DNA of 58,579 nt, filler included, from Basidioascus undulatus (lineage: Eukaryota): assembly GCA_000826855.1 (NCBI GenBank). It is 4 parts of 4 records of this genome, joined end to end, with 100 filler letters (N's around TTAATTAATTAA, not from the genome) between each part and the next. Parts side by side here need not be neighbours in the genome. Positions count along the whole stretch, not along the records: positions 44,023 to 58,579 come from JTLS01000717.1; 3 more parts are not named here. The stretch is one strand, 5' to 3'. A model generated the notes under the pieces. It searched no databases and was not told the origin of the DNA. It saw only the letters and a list, made by a program, of their open reading frames with translations. Position numbers and translations under genes: made by a program. This document shows, piece after piece, positions 50,213 through 58,579 of this stretch. How positions within the stretch are numbered: the stretch's first letter is position 1; every line of letters starts with the position of its first letter.

Positions 50213-53200
50213 CTAGTGTGCAAAAATGAAATCCAGCCGCTTGCTGCCCTCGTCCGTAGTGGTAGTAAGGTACGTTGACTTCTCTTCGGGCGTCATGGCG
50301 TTCCATTTGCGCGTCTTGTACTGGTTGCGAAGGATGTAATAGGCCTTCGTTGCCGGGTAGATGACAGTCTGTATGCCATTTCTAGTTGATCTTTAACTTA
50401 ATAAGGAGCAAGGAAGCTTCACGGACGAGGTTCAGGCAAATGATGGCGATAAGAGTCTTGTTCCCCTCCTTATACGCCGGTGCGTCCCTGGACCACATTA
50501 TGAGCGCTCGGAGCCGGTGTCAATGATGCACGAGTAAAATTCCTCACGATTTTACATAAATATTGGCGCCGATAATTCCCGAAGCCTGGACGAACATGTC
50601 TTTGAAAGGAACAGAATGTCAGTGGAGGACCGCAGCAGCCTGCGTCGTCGTGTACGCACTGTAGACACTCGCGGAGACTGTACGAGTGCGGACGCTACCA
50701 GAATTACGGCTTGCCCAACTAACTTGAATCGCGTGCACATATCTGTAAAATAGCGACATTAGACGCCATTCATATGACTGCATATGCAGCGAAGACACAC
50801 GGGAAGCCGAGGAGGACCGTCGCAATGGCCTAGGCGCCGGTGACGCAGTTCATCATGGTTCAGCAGATTGAAAAACAAGGCACTCATGATACCATGACAT
50901 ACGAAATACTGCCAACCGCCAATCGGCTGAGGCATAACGTACAACGCAATCTGGAACGGAAGTTGTGGTCCATCAGCTTTGAGCGAGCAAAGGAGCGCAT
51001 GGGAGACCTTACAAAGCACGGGAGGAACCAAATATTCTCAGCCATGGACACGAACGTGCGCTCATTTACCAACTCGCTGATAAGCGTGATAACAAGCAGC
51101 TTTTAATGTTGCGTGAGTATCCCGGGGTGAAACAGGCTGGGACGGAACAGTCACATTCTTACCAGAATCACAGAGATGAAATAATGCGGAATGGCTAGCA
51201 AATTCGCCTCGATCGTGGAAAATCCTAGGTGCTTGAATGATAATTGGAGGTACTGCATCACATTATTGAGAAAGGTAGTCGGTAAGGCGCGCAGACAGAG
51301 GCTTCGAATGGATATGGCGTACGTTCGAGATTGGATACCCGGGGATTCCGAACAAAAGGCCGATGATATATCTGATCAACATAAAGTCAACTTGATATGC
51401 TCTTTGTAAGGAATCCGGTCCACTTACAAAGGCCACAGGTCGAAATCGCAAAGTGATTTCCAGAGCATCTTGGGCGTAAGCATCTCGCGATTGTGCATGT
51501 CTCCCTTCGTAGGGTCGTCGCGGAGCTGCACCACCCATAACACTCAGCGCTGTCCAAACTCGTCCAGTATTGGCATGTACGCACAATACGGTTGGTGATG
51601 ATTGCCTCTTCGCGAATACTGTACCAACCATCAGGACGGAACCAGGTTCGGGTGTCTGAAAAATGCGGCGTCAGTATAGGTTGTGCATGCAAGGCTTGGG
51701 GACAACGTACGTGTTGGGCTGCTGGGCATCATGAAGAACGACGCGATGCCAATCAACAGCGTGAAAATACCCTCCAAGATGAACATCCTTTGGGTGGAGT
51801 TTGTCAGAATGCGCAAGTGCTAAAAGCGTTTCAGACTAATGATCGCACCATTGCCATCCGGCATAGCCACCGACGCCGCGCATTCTGGAAACACGAGAAT
51901 TAGCGACAAGCTCTCATGAAACCTCTAGGCATTTTGTATGTACTTTAGAAGACCAGCTGCGAGGAATGTCTACCCATCGAATGTCTTCAGTCCCTGCCAT
52001 GCACGAACAGAGATCTCGACAAAACGCGTACGCAGATACAGTCGGCAGTCTTGTAAGAAAGGTTAGGAGGAAGTGTCAATCATCTTAAAATTCTGCCACT
52101 CACGTAGTTCATGGACCAGAAGAAGGCCAGCCGAATTGGCAGTTCACTATTACGGAAGGATCAGTCCTATTGTTCAAGCCCGCCGGAATGCAAGATGAGC
52201 GCACGTCTTCGTGTACCAGTCTGGAAAGTGAAGATTAAACTATATATCTCTAATGTTCAAGAGGTTGACTCACAGCTGAGGTAAAGAACAGTGTCTAATG
52301 CAAACAGTCGCCAAATGGTCAGATCCGCAGCCCTGAACTTGCCAATCAAGTTGCCGCTTACCGGGGATGAACCCTCCTTGGCTAAGCGAATGGGAGTACT
52401 CAGGTAATCGTGCCTCAAGTATCCAACGGAGATACCCACAAGAAAGCAATCAAGAAGCGACATGCGAGGAAGCTCGCACGGCCCTTCAGCCAGAATTGCG
52501 CTCCAGAGATGCTGAGGGCTGGATGAGCTTTACGCACTCTACTCTGCAGGACTCAATAACCACTTGGACTTACATTGAGAAGATGACAATTTGGGATGGT
52601 ATCCATCTTTTGAGAGAAGTGGCATTGAGCTATCGTCCAACTCGTTTCTCCAGCACACTTCGCTCACCTGTCGGGTCCCACCCCTAATCTCATGCATGTG
52701 ACATCAGTCAAAATTCAGAGGGCCGAGGAGTTATACACACTCACGCTTCGAAACTAGCTGGCTTGGAAGCTCTGCAATCTAGAGATGTAAGGGGGAATCG
52801 TTGAGCCCTAGGAGCTTTGAGAGAAAGTAAAAGGTTGTCGAGACACGAACTAGGAACCCCAGCTTGGACAAAGTGTTACCGAGATTGTAGTCGTCCGTGG
52901 TCATTCCCAAGTCATCGAGAATACCGTCTGCGGTCGCGTTGGTCATGTTGCCACGATCGATGTCGAGCTAAACCCCAACCAGGATTACCTTCCGGTCAGC
53001 TGCGATTTATGGTATGTGGGAAGAATATGGCTTACGGCGAGGAACTACAATCCAGCTCTCAGGACGTGTCAGCTTTGGACAACCTAATTTATGCTTGGGA
53101 TACTGACCATGAGGCAGCACCAGGACAGGGTCAGCAGGTCTTGCCTGCGAACAATCTTCTTCTCCTCTCGCCAGGTCCATCGTAGACTGTGCGGAAGATG

Positions 53201-53676
53201 GTTATTCAGAGCGGTGATCAGGTCGGGAGGCTTCTCCCTCAGCTTACCTGGTGTTGAAACGGTGGATGTTCTACGAAGGTGTGCAAATTGAGCATCGAGA
53301 GAAGACGAAAGGCCAGGAGTCTGCACAGCTCACTTCGTAGTCTGCTTTGGGAGTGTACTGCTTGGCATCTGGGCCGTCGAAAACGGACGGCTGTGTAGCA
53401 GTCTAAATAGACCAGTTCCAAAGTGGCTGTGTGAAGCGAGCAATTATTTTAAGCGAGACTCACAGCGTCCAGGTCCACCTTGGTATGGCCCTGGCCGTAG
53501 CGCCCGAAAGTAAGCAGCTGGAGGACCACACTGGCCTGGTAGTCCACAGGCACGCCGAGCGGAGCGACCGGTTCGGTTTTATCGACTAGCTGATCATCCA
53601 GCTTGAAAGACGACTTGCTGACGTTGGACGACTCGGGCGGAGAGTGCGATACGGCATCCTGAGGCGAGGCGACCAT
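50213..53676 (-). CDS. MFS transporter, anion:cation symporter (allantoate/phthalate permease-like) family; many short exons
   Basis: [84 protein letters not shown]-terminal [11 protein letters not shown]. Confidence 0.85.
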
Positions 53677-54743
53677 CTTGTCGAAGCGGGGGGTCACCCA
53701 GGAAGGTAGCGGCAGCTTGCGAGTGATTAGGAGGAGAGGAAGAGCAGAGACAAGAAGAACTCATATATTTGAGGCAACGATGTCGGCATGTATTTCGTCT
53801 TTCAGCACTGCAAGCACGCCAACGGTGCGTAACTGATATGCAGCTCGAAACACCGTGACCGCAGGTTGCTCGTCATGGCTCGTGCCCCGCAAACGCAAAC
53901 TTCTTTGCATAAAGAGGGCTTCCCCAAGGCAGCTGTCATCCTAGAGTATTAGAAACACTAAGTATCTGTGCTCGGAAGGACAAGCGAAGTTGTTCCGAAA
54001 AAAGCTCATCACGCCAAACGATACAAAAGCACACAATGGCCGTAAGGAACGCTCAATGCCCCGCCCCTAACTGCCTGCAGCACTCGGGTCCTGCGCATGA
54101 TCGTGAACGCCCGTGTGCATGAAGTATGAAAGTGAATTCTCGAAGGAATGTGTCTGCATGCACGCCAATCTGATCAGGACAATCAGCAACTTGTGCAAGA
54201 GAAGGTGTATTTCCAAGGGGGGAGTGCCAGCGCTGGACCGGCTGAACCGCTGGACTTGCTTCTGAAAACGCAATGTTATGCAAGGAAGCTAGGATAAAAC
54301 CATGATCAGTGATAGGTACTGGAGTCTGGAAGTTCGCGGTCCATGTGGTAGTACTGGCTCATTGAGAAGGCGCCATAGCTGCCACGGCCCGCTGAAGAGC
54401 TCATCTCGCCTCCAAGCGGTGAGCCGGGTGCGGACATCCATTCATGTGCTTCCATGTATTACATACTTCATCAAAGGGCAAAGAGGGCGGGAAATGTACG
54501 TCGGACATTCAAGCACGGAATAAGCTATGTTCCGAAGTGGGAGCGTGAGGGCGAAGGCCAGATGTCAGCTGTGACTTCAAACCAAAACTGTTTTTGGCTG
54601 AACTTCCGCTGAGGATTGCTGTTAAACATCGAGCTATCTGTTCACGGTGCGAGGCAGTTGGTTGCCTATCGACGTGTGCAAACGAACAACGGCGCCACGC
54701 CCCACTCGTTCATAAACAAATATAAATGCATGTACTCCGAGCC

Positions 54744-57700
54744 CTAAAACTTGGCCAAGATGGCGCGCTGGATCTCGACGAGCTTCTCGCGGACGCGCGC
54801 ATCGCCGCCACCCCCGCTGCTCAGCGCATTCAGATACGCGGTGATCGCATCGTCGATGCGAGCCGCTGGGAAGCGCAGCGTTGCGGCCGCACCAGCGCCG
54901 CTCGAAGTAGCCTCGCGCAACCAAGCCTCGAGCAGGGCGGCGATGTCCGCGATGAGGAACGCGCTCGCCTGCGGCGTTTGCCATGGCGGGATCTGTGTTT
55001 CCGAACATCAGACGGTGCTTTTGGAGGGCGGAGAACAAAAATGACTTGCCTGAGCTTCGAACATCTCATCCATGACAGCGAAGATGGCGTCGTACGGGAC
55101 ACCCGCCTCGCGGAGCGCGAACGGCACCCAGCCGACGGCGCGCACCTGGTGCTCGTAGCTGTACTTTTCAAGCATATTCACGACAATATCTGTGAAGTAG
55201 TGTCAGCGATGTTCATCAAGCAGGCGTGACATAAAGCGCACCGAGCGGGAAGGCAACGTCGGAAGGGTAGAAGCGGCGGCCGAGTGCGATGACCGTGGCC
55301 GCGACGCCCTCGTGCGGTTCGCCGCCCTCAGCCGACTCATGGGCTGCAGCAGAACAAATCCTGAATCAGCCGCAGTAACAATGCGAATCATATGGTGATA
55401 ACGCGCTGACCTCGGGCGATGAGCAGGTCCCAGGTGGTCGCTACAAGCTCCGGTTCGTGGAAGTCGGACGTGTGGAAAATGAGGAGGATGATGTCGAGCA
55501 GCTGCAAGGGCTCAGCAAAGTCGCGGAAAAGCTGTCGAACCACCAAGTAAGTCAGCGTTGATACTTCCTAGACAAAAGCAGACTACCGATGTACCTCGGA
55601 AATATTGAACAGCCGCTGATCCAAGAGCGCAAGCAGCTCCGCCTTGCGGTCCTCCTCGAGCTCCGTGTGCTCGACGATGGCGCGGTAGACCTCGACCTGG
55701 ACCTGGGCGACCTCGAGCTTCTCCTCGACGTCCGTCATGAATTCGACGTCGACGTTTTGGCGCGAGGGCTGGTGGGACTTGACGTTGCTGACAGCGAGGG
55801 AGAGGTACTCGACGCGGCGGGAAAGGGTGAGGGGGAATCTGGGACGAGAATCAAGCGCCGTCAGCAGTCCCGCCGCATGCGAGCTAAATGACAGACGAAA
55901 GCGATGCCGAAAACGCATAGGGACTCACTCGGTGGATTCGGCAAGGCCCGTCAGAACGCGAGCAGCGTCGTGGTACTTCGCACGACGGACCCAGTACTGC
56001 CAGAGAAGCTCGCACTTCTCCAGCGTCAATGGATCCCTGAGAAGATGGGACTCGAGGTATGGCGATTGGATCTGGAAGACCCGCCTATAATCAGACTAGC
56101 CTGACGCAAGAGAGATCGGGACCCAGGCGCACCTCAAGAAGCTGATCCTTCAGGCCCTTGCTGATCAACCAGTCGTACAAGCATGAGTGGAAGACCGGGT
56201 CGGTCGCCTCGAACGCGCGCTGGAACGTGCTGCTCCGGTAAACCTCGGCCTCCTCGACTGTCCAATTCCTCTCAGCCATCAGTATACGAGCACCCCTTGC
56301 GGACCGTAACAATGGACGACGCACCCGAATCTCCGCTGCCGTTCGTGCGTGCCGCCACGGCGCGGTTGAGCTGCTCGTTGGCGTCCTCGAGCGTCTCGAA
56401 GATGCACTCGTAGCAGCTCACGCGGCGGTCGTACGCCGCTTTGCGCGGGTCGTTCTCGGGCATGCCATCCGCCCAATACCGGAGGCCGTCTTCGTTCGCG
56501 TCCCACTCCCGCGCGCAGGTGAGCGGCAGGTCGATGGCGCCTGCGTCGCAAACTTGTCAGCGGCCATGGAACAAGGCGAGCCTGCGGTCGACGCCCTTAC
56601 CTGTAGGGAAGCGCAAAGAGCGGTACTCGGCAGTAACCTCCTTGAGCTTGTCGAGCGACAGATGCCGAGCGGCCTTGTTGAACAACCTGCAAATTAATGA
56701 TAACCTCGTCAATCAGCCGACCGACCCTTCCTTGACCTATTCGCTCTACGCACCGCAGCGATTCGCGTAAGCTGTCCCTCCGCTCTGCCGGATCCCTCGT
56801 CTCGCGCGCCTTGCGAATGTTTTCGATAGCCTGTAAAGGGTACCCGTCAGGAACTTTATTCATCCGTGAACGCCGGAGTGTGATCCCCACCTTGTACAGC
56901 AGCACGTCGTCGGCACTGCAAAACGAGCCACACCGCTGCTGAAGGACCTCGCTGATGGCGTCGACCTATCCGCAAGAACTGTCAGTTTACTAATCCTCAC
57001 GCACCGGCGCTAAGCGCCAGGGAAGAACAAGGCCCACTCACGCTGATCTGCCTCGCAATCTGCTGGTTGATCACCTCGTTTACGATCGACCTCGCGACCT
57101 CGCGACCTTCGGGCGTCGTGAGCAGGTCCTGGTACGTCAACCCGAGGAGCTGCTTCTGGAGAGCAGGGTCGCAGCTGGACGGCCCGGGAAGTTGGAGTCA
57201 GTTTCGGCAGCCGGGCGACGGAGCGAGGGTAAAAGGGAGAAGAAGTGATGAGGGAAGGACGTACTGTGCAATGGTCTCCGGCAGCTGGTAGTCGATGAGG
57301 AGAAGGATGAACGAGATGCCCTCGATGCACTGCGTCATGAGGAGATCCATCGCCGCGAGGGAAGCTTGCTCGGCCTGGAATCATCATCCAACGGTGACTT
57401 AGGACGATTCCTATTTCCTCTTCGGCATGCACATAAGTCACTCACCTTCCAAGCAGCCTGGTCGGTCCGATCCCGCGGGTCGGCGCTCACGTTCGTCGCG
57501 AACAGTTGCTGGTTGCTGTCATGGAGCGCCGGTACCAGCCGCACGTCAGCAAAGGTCGCGTTTCGCCGAACAAAGCACACACGCACCTCTTGAGGAAGGC
57601 CTGCAGCCCGGCCAGGTCACGCTGCACGGCCTCGAGGACCTTTTCCGAGACATAGGGCGCCTGGCAGTTGGGGTTTTGAGGGGTAGGGCTGTGCGTTGCG

Positions 57701-58579
57701 TGCGCATGTGCTCAGCGACCGCTTTGATGTCGCTTCCTCGAAGACTAAAACGAAAGACGCACCTGAGCTTCGTGACCTTCTGCTTCCAGATCGGCCTGAC
57801 CAAGCGCGAGAGGTAGAGGGCGAGACCATCGTGCCGCCCGCTGAACAGGACCTGCCTGTCGGACGTCGAGCCTTCACATAGGGCCAACTATCAGCATCAA
57901 GACCCAACAACTACAAGCGAAAATCCGAAGAACGCACCGCCCGCGCTCGGGTAACCGCGCTCAATGCTGACCGGCCGCCCGCCATACTCGTAGAACAGCC
58001 GGCGCGCCTGCAGCGCAACGTCGGCAGTGATGCTCCCCGCTGTTGCGGCACCCGCGCCGTCGGGTGAGAAGTGGTTGCCCGGCGCGGCGGACGCGGCGGA
58101 CGTGGACGGGTAGAGGTCCGGGCCGAGCGAGATGGCGAGGGGCGAGCCGGACGCGAGCGCGAGCGCCATGGCGCACGACTGTTCCCGGCCGAAGCTGTTC
58201 GTGTGGGAGTACGATATTTGTAGCGGACAGAGAGGGAAGAGGGAATAAGCGAAAAGGAGGGACTTACTTGTCGAAGAACGCAATCACGTCCTGCTCCCGT
58301 CCCCCGCTCATCTCCAGCACGCCCCGCAGCAGGTCGACCGGGCGCTGCTTCGCGTACACGCTCAGGCCCATGTGGGTCAGGACCAAGAACCTGCGGGGCG
58401 GGAACGCGGCCTGGTGCGCGAGCTCGTTTACGAGCGGGCCGTCGCCCTTGTCGCCCTTCCTGAACGCCGCGAGGCTCGCGCCATTGTCCGCCGCGAGCGG
58501 GTGCGGCTCCTCCGCGATCGCCCAGCTCCGGCCCTCAACGACGGACGTCGCGGCGTCCTCGATGAGCGTCGGGCGCTGG
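54744..58579 (-). CDS. NUP170: Nucleoporin Nup170/Nup155 family, 3' portion
   Basis: FGREQSCAMALALA, FSGRHDGLALYLSRLVRPIW, CGSFCSADDVLLYK|AIE, VFHSCLYDWL, VEYLSLAV, EEKLEVAQVQ, LFRDFAEPL. Confidence 0.92.

Noticed and set aside
50213..53676. MFS gene as a definite member of the erythrulose cluster
   Set aside because: Adjacent and convergent, but it is an anion/allantoate-type family member and lacks the shared promoter motif; membership is unproven

Overview
Intron-rich, GC-rich fungal DNA, most likely basidiomycete (short GT-AG introns with GTGAG/GTACG/GTGCG donors). The window is four contigs (1-14581, 14682-29255, 29356-43922, 44023-58579; 14581, 14574, 14567 and 14557 nt, i.e. size-sorted) joined by 100-nt N/TTAATTAATTAA/N spacers, so nothing can be inferred across spacers. 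Contig 1: CSC1/OSCA channel (5' part), MsrA, UIM-bearing TDP1 head-to-head with EXO84, a pair of inverted degenerate repeats, and a carrier-like 3' fragment. Contig 2: LINE RT relic, RGS-like pseudogene, acetoin/butanediol-type SDR, sugar/inositol transporter, THI5/NMT1, and the 5' end of a STE20-like PAK kinase. Contig 3: GNAT acetyltransferase, two probable pseudogenes, Hsp70 SSB, a DUF1917-like gene and tRNA-Val(AAC). Contig 4: TPI-like + RpiB-like + DAK cluster, MFS transporter, Nup170/155 (3' part). The two best leads are (1) a TPP riboswitch inside a coding-region intron of THI5/NMT1, with an alternative donor that would introduce a premature stop and an apparently non-consensus pyrophosphate-sensing helix, and (2) a putative erythrulose/tetritol catabolic cluster with a shared CGG-S-CCG promoter motif. 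All gene models and family calls were made by eye, without database searches.
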